This document shows, piece by piece, positions 47,050 through 55,400 of a stretch of DNA of 64,000 nucleotides. The first letter of the stretch is position 1. Each line of letters begins with the position of its first letter. Where the stretch lies: contig JBAZEY010000004.1 of NCBI GenBank assembly GCA_041653675.1, positions 1,105-65,104 on the forward strand, in the 5' to 3' direction. The stretch is from Patescibacteria group bacterium. Lineage in GTDB: Bacteria; Patescibacteriota; Patescibacteriia; XYB2-FULL-38-15. The notes under the pieces were generated by a model, which was given only the letters and a program-made list of their open reading frames with translations, was not told where the DNA came from and did not search any database. The translations under genes and the position numbers were made by a program.

Positions 47050-48531
47050 ATGATAACGATTGATGATTTAATACAAAAAATAAAATTTTACGCACCAAAT
47101 GCCGACCTGGATTTGGTGCGTTTAGCTTTTGATTACGCCAAAAAGGCGCACAACGGCCAGAAGCGGCTTTCAGGTGAACCGTATATTAATCACCCGCTTG
47201 CTACGGCTATGAATTTGGCGGAAATGAAATTGCATCAAGATATTATCATCGCCGGCCTTTTACACGACGTCCCAGAAGAAACTCGTCCAGAAAATCCTGA
47301 AATCGCCCTTCGTGAAATAAAACATAATTTTGGCGAAGAAGTTGCTTTCATGGTTCGCGGCATTACCAAACTCGGAAAAATAAAATACCGCGGCATGGAA
47401 CGGTATTTGGAAAACTTAAGAAAAATGTTTGTAGCCATGGCCGAAGATGTCCGGGTAATTTTTATAAAATTCGCCGACCGATTGCATAACTTGGAAACGC
47501 TTAACGCCCAACCCCCGGCAAAACAAAAGCGTATTGCCATGGAGACAATGGAAATTTACGCTCCGATTGCGAACCGCCTTGGCATGGGAGAAATTAAGGG
47601 TCGACTTGAAGACTCTGCTTTTCCATATCTTTATCCTAAAGATTACGATAAATTAAAAAAAGAAGTTGCTCCCCGCTATAGAGCAAAAGAAGAATATTTA
47701 AAAAAGATAAGAGTAAAACTATTAAAAACTATAGCTAGCTTTTCCCTCGGCGCGCCAGGAGAAGGGTCTGAAATGCAGCGAGTTAAGGTTTACTCCATCC
47801 ACGGCCGAACCAAGCGTCTCTGGAGTATCTACAAAAAATTACAACAGAAGGGCTATGACGACCTTTCAAAAATTTATGATATCGTAGCGCTTCGCGTAAT
47901 CGTGGAAACCGTAGCTGAGTGTTATACAGTTTTAGGAATTATCCATCAATTGTGGAAACCCCTAAAAGGCCGCATTAAAGATTATATCGCCCAGCCAAAA
48001 CCAAACGGCTATCAGTCTCTCCATACCACTGTTTTCTGCGACGACGGAGAAATTGTAGAATTTCAAATCAGAACCAAAAAGATGCACGAGGAGGCTGAAT
48101 ACGGCATTGCCTCACACTGGTATTACGACGAGCAGGGTTCGATGCCTGTCGCGAAAGACTTGAAGTGGGTCAAAGAATTAACAAAATGGAAAAGGGAATT
48201 TGAAGAAAACCAAAAATATCTTGAATCATTAAAAATTGATGTTTTCCAAAATAGAATTTTTGTTTTCACGCCTAAGGGCGACGTTATTGATTTGCCGGAG
48301 AATTCTACTCCAGTTGATTTTGCTTACACCCTGCACTCCGACCTTGGAGATAAATGCACTGGCGCAAAAATTAATGAACAAATTGCGAAACTTGATACGA
48401 AGTTACAAAGCGGCGATGTTATAGAAATTATCACTGATAAAAATAGGAAAACTCCTTCCGCCGACTGGCTGAAATTTGTTAAAACCAATGCCGCCCGTCA
48501 TAAAATTAAAAGCCGCCTGAAGACGAAATAA
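47050..48531 (+). CDS. Short bifunctional RelA/SpoT-family (p)ppGpp synthetase/hydrolase (HD + synthetase + TGS, no ACT)
   Basis: HD motif HDVPEET; synthetase domain and TGS-like C-terminus; 493 aa. Confidence 0.88.
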   Translation: MITIDDLIQKIKFYAPNADLDLVRLAFDYAKKAHNGQKRLSGEPYINHPLATAMNLAEMKLHQDIIIAGLLHDVPEETRPENPEIALREIKHNFGEEVAFMVRGITKLGKIKYRGMERYLENLRKMFVAMAEDVRVIFIKFADRLHNLETLNAQPPAKQKRIAMETMEIYAPIANRLGMGEIKGRLEDSAFPYLYPKDYDKLKKEVAPRYRAKEEYLKKIRVKLLKTIASFSLGAPGEGSEMQRVKVYSIHGRTKRLWSIYKKLQQKGYDDLSKIYDIVALRVIVETVAECYTVLGIIHQLWKPLKGRIKDYIAQPKPNGYQSLHTTVFCDDGEIVEFQIRTKKMHEEAEYGIASHWYYDEQGSMPVAKDLKWVKELTKWKREFEENQKYLESLKIDVFQNRIFVFTPKGDVIDLPENSTPVDFAYTLHSDLGDKCTGAKINEQIAKLDTKLQSGDVIEIITDKNRKTPSADWLKFVKTNAARHKIKSRLKTK

Positions 48532-48532
48532 A

Positions 48533-48567
48533 AAATCACCCCACGGTAATCGCAGGGTGATTTTTTT
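48533..48567. terminator. Bidirectional intrinsic terminator between the rel homolog (+) and parB (-)
   Basis: aaaaaatcaccc-cacggtaatcgca-gggtgattttttt: a stem flanked by an A-run and a T-run. Confidence 0.7.
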
Positions 48568-48570
48568 ATA

Positions 48571-49431
48571 TTATCTTTTGGAAATCTTTTTGATTATATC
48601 ACTGTATTCTTCGTCGCTGTAGAAATGAATGATTATGTGCCCCTTGCTTCCTCTTTTTTTAATTTCCACTTTCGTTCCAAAAACGCCACGTAATAATTCT
48701 TCTTTTGCCGCGAGCGCCGGATCGACTTTTCTTTGTCTCACTCCCTTTACTTTTCTGACAGCTCCTTCCACGTCGCGGACGGTCATTTCATTTTTTAAAA
48801 TTTTGGAAAAATATTTTAACTGCGATCTCTCATCGGGTAAAGACAAAAGTGTTCTGCCGTGGCTTTCTTTTATTTTCCCGCTTCGCAATGCTTGCAAAAT
48901 TTCTTCTGGCAAACTTAGCAGGCGTAAAGTGTTAGCGATGACCGGCCGGCTTTTCCCGACTCGCACGGCCACTTCCTCCTGCGTCAAACTAAATTCATCC
49001 ATTAATCTTTGAAATGCCCTGCCTTCTTCAATCGGATTTAAATTTTTTCTTTGGATATTTTCAATTAAAGCCAACTCTAGTTTTTCTTGATCCTTTGCCG
49101 TTCTGACAATTGCCGGCACGGTTCGAAGATTCAAAAATTTAGCGGCACGGAAACGGCGTTCGCCGGCGATTAATTCGTAATTTTCTCCATCAATTTTTGT
49201 GACAACAAGCGGCTGCAAAATTCCATGTTCTTTGATGGAATTTATTAAATCCTCTAAATCCTGATAACCAAAATCTTCGCGCGGCTGTTTGGGATTTGGC
49301 CTAATGTTCTTTACTGGCGCATCAATAAGGCGGACGCCTTGGGGCGCCGCTTCAGCTCCGGAAGAAAATGCTTGAATAATTTTTTTTGGTGGAATTAAAG
49401 AGTTTAGTCCCCTGCCCAAACCGTATGACAT
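48571..49431 (-). CDS. parB: Chromosome partitioning protein ParB/Spo0J
   Basis: ParB box GERRFRAA plus HTH. Confidence 0.92.
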   Translation of the reverse strand: MSYGLGRGLNSLIPPKKIIQAFSSGAEAAPQGVRLIDAPVKNIRPNPKQPREDFGYQDLEDLINSIKEHGILQPLVVTKIDGENYELIAGERRFRAAKFLNLRTVPAIVRTAKDQEKLELALIENIQRKNLNPIEEGRAFQRLMDEFSLTQEEVAVRVGKSRPVIANTLRLLSLPEEILQALRSGKIKESHGRTLLSLPDERSQLKYFSKILKNEMTVRDVEGAVRKVKGVRQRKVDPALAAKEELLRGVFGTKVEIKKRGSKGHIIIHFYSDEEYSDIIKKISKR

Positions 49432-49458
49432 ATCTTAAAAAAAATTAATTTCTAATTT

Positions 49459-50223
49459 TTAAAATCTGAATTCCAAAATTTCTCGCGCCAGTCTTTCGTA
49501 TGCTTTTGCTCCCTTGCTTTTTTCGTCGTAGTGCAAAATTGTTAAACCATGCGATGGAGCCTCGGCTAATCTGACGTTTCTCGGAATAACCGACCGAAAA
49601 ATTTTATTTGGAAAATATTGGTATAATTCTTTCAAAATCGCATCTGATAATCCAACACGGCTGTCAAACATTGTAATGACCGCGCCCAAAATTTTTAAAT
49701 CAGGCTTTAAATTGTCTTGAACAAGCTTAATTGTTTCCAATAATTGGCCAAGTCCTTCCAAGGCATAATATTCCGCTTGGACGGGAATAAAAACATGATC
49801 AGCCGCAGTCAGACTATTTATTGTAAGAAGTCCAAGCGACGGCGGACAATCAATAATGATGTAATCAAAATCATTTCGCGCTTCAAGAAGAGCATCATGC
49901 AGACGAAATTCTCGCCGGTCAGCCCCAACAAGTTCTACGTTTGCTCCGGCTAAAGAAACCGTGGCTGGAGCGACTTTATAACCCTGAATGGGGGTATTAA
50001 CAACAATATCGCGAAACGCGGCTCCTCCGGTAATGGCTTCGTAAATTCCTTTTTCTAAATTACGATGATCAATGCCAAGGCCAGAGGTAGCATTGGCTTG
50101 AGGATCCATATCAACAAGCAAAACAAATTTTCCGAGATGAGCTAAATAAGCGCCCAAATTCACGGCAGTCGTTGTTTTCCCGACTCCTCCTTTTTGGTTG
50201 ACAATAGAAATAATTTGAGCCAT
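49459..50223 (-). CDS. parA: Chromosome partitioning ATPase ParA/Soj
   Basis: Deviant Walker A NQKGGVGKTTTAVNLG. Confidence 0.93.
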   Translation of the reverse strand: MAQIISIVNQKGGVGKTTTAVNLGAYLAHLGKFVLLVDMDPQANATSGLGIDHRNLEKGIYEAITGGAAFRDIVVNTPIQGYKVAPATVSLAGANVELVGADRREFRLHDALLEARNDFDYIIIDCPPSLGLLTINSLTAADHVFIPVQAEYYALEGLGQLLETIKLVQDNLKPDLKILGAVITMFDSRVGLSDAILKELYQYFPNKIFRSVIPRNVRLAEAPSHGLTILHYDEKSKGAKAYERLAREILEFRF

Positions 50224-50309
50224 AATGAATTATCTGCCCCTTAATATTAAATTATTATACCCGAATATTGCTTTTTTGACAACTTTGGAGTAAAATAAGA
50301 CTAAACTGA

Positions 50310-50393
50310 CGCCGATGTGGCGGAACTGGCATACGCGTGCGACTCAAAATCGCATTCCCTTACGGGATTGTGGGTTCAACTCCCACCATCGGC
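50310..50393 (+). tRNA. tRNA-Leu (anticodon CAA), type II with long variable arm
   Basis: GCCGATG/CATCGGC acceptor, anticodon loop CTCAAAA, variable arm TCCCTTACGGGA, T-arm GTGGGTTCAACTCCCAC. Confidence 0.85.
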
Positions 50394-50439
50394 ACTTTGA
50401 CAAATTCTTAAAAACCTGTTATCCTATTAGATCAATTAT

Positions 50440-50514
50440 AGCGGGGTGGAGAAGTAGCATCTCGCCTGGCCCATAACCAGGAGACCGCCGGTGCAAATCC
50501 GGCCCCCGCAACCA
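50440..50514 (+). tRNA. Initiator tRNA-fMet (anticodon CAU) with encoded CCA
   Basis: 3' half GGTGCAAATCCGGCCCCCGCAACCA is almost identical to E. coli tRNA-fMet. Unpaired 1:72 (A/A) and A11:U24 are initiator hallmarks. Anticodon loop CCCATAA has an unusual C33. Confidence 0.8.
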
Positions 50515-50606
50515 AAATTGTTATTTAGATTATATAAGTCAGGGACGGATTTTTAGGAAAGGGGTCGGGAAAACGTAGTTTTCCCGATTTGCGGAAATAT
50601 TAAAAC

Positions 50607-50652
50607 CGCGGGGTTTTAAGGAGCGAAGCGACAAATCCGGCCCCCGCAACCA
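50607..50652 (+). pseudogene. Internally deleted partial copy of tRNA-fMet (acceptor 5' strand + T-loop remnant + acceptor 3' strand + CCA)
   Basis: CGCGGGG...AAATCCGGCCCCCGCAACCA repeats the termini of the upstream tRNA-fMet and lacks the D and anticodon arms. A hairpin tcgggaaaac/gttttcccga followed by ttt lies just upstream. Confidence 0.55.
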
Positions 50653-50689
50653 AACTTTTTGTCTTTTTAAATAAACCCAACAGTAGCAA

Positions 50690-50765
50690 GGCTGGGTAGC
50701 TCAATTGGTAGAGCGTGGGACTCATAAGCCCGAGGTAGTGGGTTCGAAACCCACCCCAGCCACCA
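50690..50765 (+). tRNA. Elongator tRNA-Met (CAU); a lysidine-modified tRNA-Ile2 cannot be excluded
   Basis: Standard 76 nt. GGCTGGG/CCCAGCC acceptor paired at 1:72. Anticodon loop CTCATAA. T-arm GTGGGTTCGAAACCCAC. CCA encoded. Confidence 0.8.
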
Positions 50766-50772
50766 AAGTTAT

Positions 50773-51237
50773 ATGCTCTTAACAGTTCATGCTGCGGCCG
50801 GTGCTATAATCGGCCAACAAATCAATAACCCTATTCTGGCTTTTGTTTTAGCTTTTGTCTCCCACTTTATTTTAGACATGGTTCCTCATGGGGATCAAGA
50901 CTGGATTGACGAATATAAGGGCGACCAAAAGTCTAAAGTAAAAAAAATCATTAGTATTGTAGTGATTGATGCTGTGATTTTACTTGGTCTTTTAATCTCC
51001 AGATATTTTTATATAGATTCATTCATGCCAAGTTTAAACATCGCCGTGGGAATTTTGGGCGGAATTTTACCCGATCTTCTTGTCGCTTGTCATGAATTAT
51101 CGGACAAACTTTTCAAAAATATCTATAAGTTTCATTTTATAATGCACGATCTAATAAAAGTAAAGCAACCTACGATCGTTCAGAGTGTCGTATTTCAGGC
51201 GGTTATTTTGGGTGTCCTGCTTATTTATTTTATTTAG
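50773..51237 (+). CDS. Small polytopic membrane protein, possibly YdjM/DUF457-like membrane-bound metal-dependent hydrolase
   Basis: N-terminal MLLTVHAAAGA...HFILDMVPHG His/Asp-rich segment in TM context. Confidence 0.4.
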   Translation: MLLTVHAAAGAIIGQQINNPILAFVLAFVSHFILDMVPHGDQDWIDEYKGDQKSKVKKIISIVVIDAVILLGLLISRYFYIDSFMPSLNIAVGILGGILPDLLVACHELSDKLFKNIYKFHFIMHDLIKVKQPTIVQSVVFQAVILGVLLIYFI

Positions 51238-51248
51238 ATAAGATTAAA

Positions 51249-51277
51249 CCGCCCCGTAATTATACGGGGCGGTTTTT
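51249..51277. terminator. Bidirectional intrinsic terminator
   Basis: accgccccgta-attat-acggggcggt followed by tttttt and preceded by an A-rich stretch. Confidence 0.7.
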
Positions 51278-51293
51278 TGATATTTAATTTTCT

Positions 51294-52502
51294 CTATTTT
51301 GCAACTTCTTTATAAATCTCCAGCGTCTCGCGCGCGCATTTTTCCCAATTAAATTTTTGGGCCTGGACCACTCCCCTTTTTTTAAGATCCTCTTCGAAAA
51401 TTTTATCCGTCAAGATTTTTTCTAACGCCGCGGAAATTTCTTCGGGCCTGCCGGGGTCGACAAGTACCGCGGCCTGACCGGCAATTTCCGGCAAAGATGA
51501 TTTATCTGATGTAATAGTTGGCACACCAAGTGATAATGCCTCAAGAACCGGTAAGCCAAAACCCTCGTAAAAAGACGGGAAAACAAAACACGTGGCGCCT
51601 TTTATTAAAGTAAATTTTTCCCGGCCAGGCACATAGCCAATATATTTTATTTCTCCGCTCCCCCCTATTTTTTTTCTACACACTTCAATCTCTTTAAAAA
51701 TATTTTCATATTTCCATCCCCTAGCCCCAGCTAAAATCAACTGATATTTTTTGCCAAACTTATCGTCTTTCCAAACTAGCTTACAAAACGCTTTAACTAA
51801 ACCAACAATATTTTTTCTAGGTTCAATTGTTCCCAAAAACAAAATGTAATTATCTTTCAAGCCGTACTTTATTTTTAAATCTTCAAAACAAACCTCTGAT
51901 TTAACCCCGCAAACAGTATCCTTTTTTGACGGCAAATTTCTAAATTCCACCCCTTCGTAAATTACTTTTATCCTCTCCGGTTTTATTTTAAAAATTTCCG
52001 TAATATCTTTTTTAGTATGGTTTGAAACGGCAATTATTTTTGTTGCCTTTTTAAAACTCTTAGGAACTACTGTTTTCGTTGAAAATCTTTGGCCGATTAA
52101 AAATTTTCCCGGAAACCATTTTGGATTTTTATAGATAGCGAGATCATGAACCGTTATGATTGATTTTCCCTTATAGGCCAAAGGTAAAGTATAAGCTGGG
52201 GAATGGAAAACATCTAATTTTTCTTTTTCAATGGCGCTCGCCGTTAAGAGATGAGAAAAGGCAAAGGGCAAATAATGTTTGTATTGGTGAAATGGAAAAA
52301 ATTTTATTTTTACGTTCGGCGCGCCGGCAATCATCTCTTCTGCGGCGTCTTTGGAAAGTAAATTATCAAAAAAAAGAACATACTCGTTCTTTTTGTCTAT
52401 TTTTAATAGATTACTTACTAAAAAAAATGTGTAATGTCCAACGCCAGCGGCCTCTCCGTAACCAGGATTTAAGATAGTTCTGCAATCAATCCCAACGCGC
52501 AT
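51294..52502 (-). CDS. Glycosyltransferase family 4 (GT-B)
   Basis: EGFGLPVLEALSLGVPTITS signature. Confidence 0.88.
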   Translation of the reverse strand: MRVGIDCRTILNPGYGEAAGVGHYTFFLVSNLLKIDKKNEYVLFFDNLLSKDAAEEMIAGAPNVKIKFFPFHQYKHYLPFAFSHLLTASAIEKEKLDVFHSPAYTLPLAYKGKSIITVHDLAIYKNPKWFPGKFLIGQRFSTKTVVPKSFKKATKIIAVSNHTKKDITEIFKIKPERIKVIYEGVEFRNLPSKKDTVCGVKSEVCFEDLKIKYGLKDNYILFLGTIEPRKNIVGLVKAFCKLVWKDDKFGKKYQLILAGARGWKYENIFKEIEVCRKKIGGSGEIKYIGYVPGREKFTLIKGATCFVFPSFYEGFGLPVLEALSLGVPTITSDKSSLPEIAGQAAVLVDPGRPEEISAALEKILTDKIFEEDLKKRGVVQAQKFNWEKCARETLEIYKEVAK

Positions 52503-52511
52503 AATCTTTAT

Positions 52512-53480
52512 TTACCATTGATAATTTATAAAAGCCCAGTCAACCAATCCTTTAATCTCCTTAAATCTATCCTCTGTAGTCGCGCTGCCTAAAACTACGG
52601 CTACTATTTTATGCCCGCCGCGCATAACTTCCACCGCCAAATTATATCCGGATTCTTCAATATATCCGGTTTTACCTCCGATAAAATTATACGGATCATC
52701 ATTTAAAAAACTCCATAATAATTCATCTGTACTTTTTACATAATAAGTTTTCTCGCTATTGATCGGGCTAAAAACATACCTTCTTTGTAATGTCGCCGAT
52801 TTTATTTCTTCTCTTTCCATGGCCGCAGCAATAAGGCGAGCTATATCACGAGCCGTTCCTTGATTTTCCGGCAAAAGACCCGTGGGATCAACAAAAGTGG
52901 TATCTTTTAAACCAAGCTCTTCTGCTTTTTTATTCATTTCCACAACAAAATCTTTTTGTTCCATTCCCGTGGAACGTGCCAAAGCAATCGCGGCATTATT
53001 GACCGATCCAACCAAAGCCATATTAAATAAATCCTTAACCGTCACTTCTTCTGGCGAACGAGCATAAACTATCCCACCCTCACGATCGTCTGCCCTTGTT
53101 AAACGTACTTTTTTATTCCAATCCGGTTCGTTATCCAAAAAAACTAAAACTGTCATAAGCTTAGTTAAACTGGCCAGGGGTCTTTTTTCTTGAGAATTTT
53201 TTGCAAACAAAACCGTACCCGTTCCCTCATCAAAAACTAATGCCGATTTTGCCGTCGTTAAAATCCCAAGGCTCTTGCTGTCTCCTCTTTTCTGCGGCGC
53301 GCGAGGTTCGGCTCTCGGCAAACTAAATTGCTGGCTATCGCCTTCACTTTGTTGGTCAAATGTTTCTTCAAGATAATTTTCATTTGTCAAACCAGAAACA
53401 GCCGTCTCAGTGCTCTCCGGAGAATAAGCAGCGAACGGAGTAAAAATTAAAATTATGCTTAAGATGATAGAAAACATCAT
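52512..53480 (-). CDS. Serine-type D-Ala-D-Ala carboxypeptidase (peptidase S11, PBP5-like)
   Basis: SxxK (ASLTKLMT), SxN (SVNNAA), KTG (GKTG); signal peptide. Confidence 0.85.
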   Translation of the reverse strand: MMFSIILSIILIFTPFAAYSPESTETAVSGLTNENYLEETFDQQSEGDSQQFSLPRAEPRAPQKRGDSKSLGILTTAKSALVFDEGTGTVLFAKNSQEKRPLASLTKLMTVLVFLDNEPDWNKKVRLTRADDREGGIVYARSPEEVTVKDLFNMALVGSVNNAAIALARSTGMEQKDFVVEMNKKAEELGLKDTTFVDPTGLLPENQGTARDIARLIAAAMEREEIKSATLQRRYVFSPINSEKTYYVKSTDELLWSFLNDDPYNFIGGKTGYIEESGYNLAVEVMRGGHKIVAVVLGSATTEDRFKEIKGLVDWAFINYQW

Positions 53481-54049
53481 ACAGTTACTTTATCTTGTGG
53501 CGGTACGTCGGTTGATAAATTTAAAATTTTATCTAAAATTTCACTCTTGGATAATTTGTCATAATCGGGCAAATCGCTCGCCTTAGTAATTCCGAGATAA
53601 CGCAAAAAATCAAAGGTGATGTTGAAAAGTGGCTCGCCTCCCTTATCGGAACTTTTTGATTCCACTAAACCCTTGATCATTAAATTTCTTAAAATCAAAC
53701 TACAATTAACTCCGCGAATTTGTTCAAGGTCTGATTTTACTATTGGTCCGCGATAAGCAACGATCGTTAACGTCTCAAGCGCCGGGCGAGTAAGTTCACC
53801 CGTCATTTCATCTTTCAAAAAATCTTTCACCATTTTTGACGAATCTCCACAGGTGGACATTTGATATTCCCCGTCAATTTCCATTATCTTAATCCCTCTT
53901 TTATTTGTTTCACAATCTTCCGATAAATCTTTCAATAACTTTTTTACTTCCTCCTTTTCGCCGCCAACCTGCTCACATATTTTTTTCAAACTAAGCGGCC
54001 GACTTGCCACAAAAAGTAAACTTTCTATTTTTGATTTTAAATTAGCCAT
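53477..54049 (-). CDS. scpB: Segregation and condensation protein B
   Basis: Tandem winged-helix ScpB pattern; overlaps scpA by gene order. Confidence 0.85.
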   Translation of the reverse strand: MANLKSKIESLLFVASRPLSLKKICEQVGGEKEEVKKLLKDLSEDCETNKRGIKIMEIDGEYQMSTCGDSSKMVKDFLKDEMTGELTRPALETLTIVAYRGPIVKSDLEQIRGVNCSLILRNLMIKGLVESKSSDKGGEPLFNITFDFLRYLGITKASDLPDYDKLSKSEILDKILNLSTDVPPQDKVTV

Positions 54050-54059
54050 AAATTATATT

Positions 54060-54764
54060 TTATATACTGTCTCCCTTTTTAATATTGATCTCACCAAACA
54101 TTTCTTCTTGCCGTACAATAATGTGTCTATGTTTTAAAAGTTCTAGCACGGCTAAAAAATGAACGATAATTTCCACTTTATTTTTCGCTTTTGAAACTAT
54201 CGTGTGAAATTTAATTTCAATATTTTGCCGGATCAGATCTCTGATGTGCTGTATTTTCTCTTGGATAGAAATTGCACTTTTAACTACGCCGCGAGGTAAA
54301 CGAACAATCGGTTCGAGGTCATCTATAATTTCGCGCATCACCTGAATCAATCTTTCCTTCGTGAGCCAGGTTGGTGGGTTAAATAAAATATCTCCTACTC
54401 CAAGCGGCGGACGTTCCCGGACAAAAGTAAAGCGTTTCCCCAAAATCATTTTATGAATTACAAGGGACGCATCGCGGTATTCTTTATAAATCTTAAGCTG
54501 CGCGGCTAAATCTGAACCATCATCTCCTTCAAGTTCAATTGAAGGCAAAAGAGCCTTAGATTTAATCCAAAGAAGTTTGGCGGCTACCACCAAAAAATCA
54601 GCCATCTCTGCTGGATTAAGATTGTCCATTCGCTCAATATACTCGACAAACTGATCAGCAATATGAGAGAGAGAAATATCCGTGATATTCATCTCCTCTT
54701 TCTCGATCATCTGTAGAAGGAGATCAAACGGACCCTCAAATTTTTCGATTTTTACTTGATACAT
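54060..54764 (-). CDS. scpA: Segregation and condensation protein A
   Basis: ScpA kleisin N-terminus LLLQMIEKEEMNITDISLSHIADQF. Confidence 0.85.
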   Translation of the reverse strand: MYQVKIEKFEGPFDLLLQMIEKEEMNITDISLSHIADQFVEYIERMDNLNPAEMADFLVVAAKLLWIKSKALLPSIELEGDDGSDLAAQLKIYKEYRDASLVIHKMILGKRFTFVRERPPLGVGDILFNPPTWLTKERLIQVMREIIDDLEPIVRLPRGVVKSAISIQEKIQHIRDLIRQNIEIKFHTIVSKAKNKVEIIVHFLAVLELLKHRHIIVRQEEMFGEINIKKGDSI

Positions 54765-54770
54765 CTTATA

Positions 54771-54855
54771 ATTCCTAGCGAGCCCACAAGCAAAAACGAA
54801 GTTTTTATTTGGGGCGAGCGACGGAATTTCAAGCGCCGCAGCGCTTATTTTTTCT
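54771..54855. repeat. Copy 1 of an ~85-bp direct repeat (leader of scpA)
   Basis: ataattcctagcgagcc...ggggcgagcgacggaatttcaagcgccgcagcgcttat, about 80% identical to copy 2. Confidence 0.6.
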
Positions 54856-55312
54856 TTCCAAAAATACCGAGAGTCCCGCCTGTCGCTTTAATAAAATTTT
54901 TCGCCGTCATTACTACCGACTCTTCAAATGTCCCTGCCCCCGCAATAACCTGTTTTGCTTTCAAAATTCCCTTATCTATATAAACTGGAACTTTGTAAAT
55001 TTGGCCGAAGGGTGAAAGGGCGCCGGGTTTAATTTTAAATACTTTTTTCATTATCCCTTCTTTTGGAATCTCAATTTTTTTCGCCTTAACTAATTTCTTT
55101 AATTTTCCCAGATCTAGCTTGTGAGAAGCCGGCAAGACGGCTAAAAGATAAACTTTATCCGCCTTTATTACCAAAGTTTTAGCAATATCGCCAAGTTTCG
55201 CGCCAAGTGTCTGAGCCACGTCGTAGGCTGTATAAACGGTTTTGTGTCTAACTATTTTATACTTAATTTTGGCTTTGTCAAGGTAGCTTAAAAGTTTTTT
55301 GGGGATAGCCAT
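54845..55312 (-). CDS. YbaK/ProX-like aminoacyl-tRNA deacylase domain protein
   Basis: PGALSPFG motif typical of YbaK/ProX editing domains. Confidence 0.7.
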   Translation of the reverse strand: MAIPKKLLSYLDKAKIKYKIVRHKTVYTAYDVAQTLGAKLGDIAKTLVIKADKVYLLAVLPASHKLDLGKLKKLVKAKKIEIPKEGIMKKVFKIKPGALSPFGQIYKVPVYIDKGILKAKQVIAGAGTFEESVVMTAKNFIKATGGTLGIFGKKK

Positions 55313-55317
55313 ATTTA

Positions 55318-55400
55318 TAATTCCTAGCGAGCCGCAAGCGAAAGTTTACTTTCATTTAGGGCGAGCGACGGAATTTAAAGCGCCGCAACGGCGCTTATGT
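55318..55400. repeat. Copy 2 of the ~85-bp direct repeat (leader of the ybaK-like gene)
   Basis: ataattcctagcgagccgcaagcgaaag...tagggcgagcgacggaatttaaagcgccgcaacggcgcttat, including a perfect hairpin aagcgccg-caa-cggcgctt. Confidence 0.6.
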
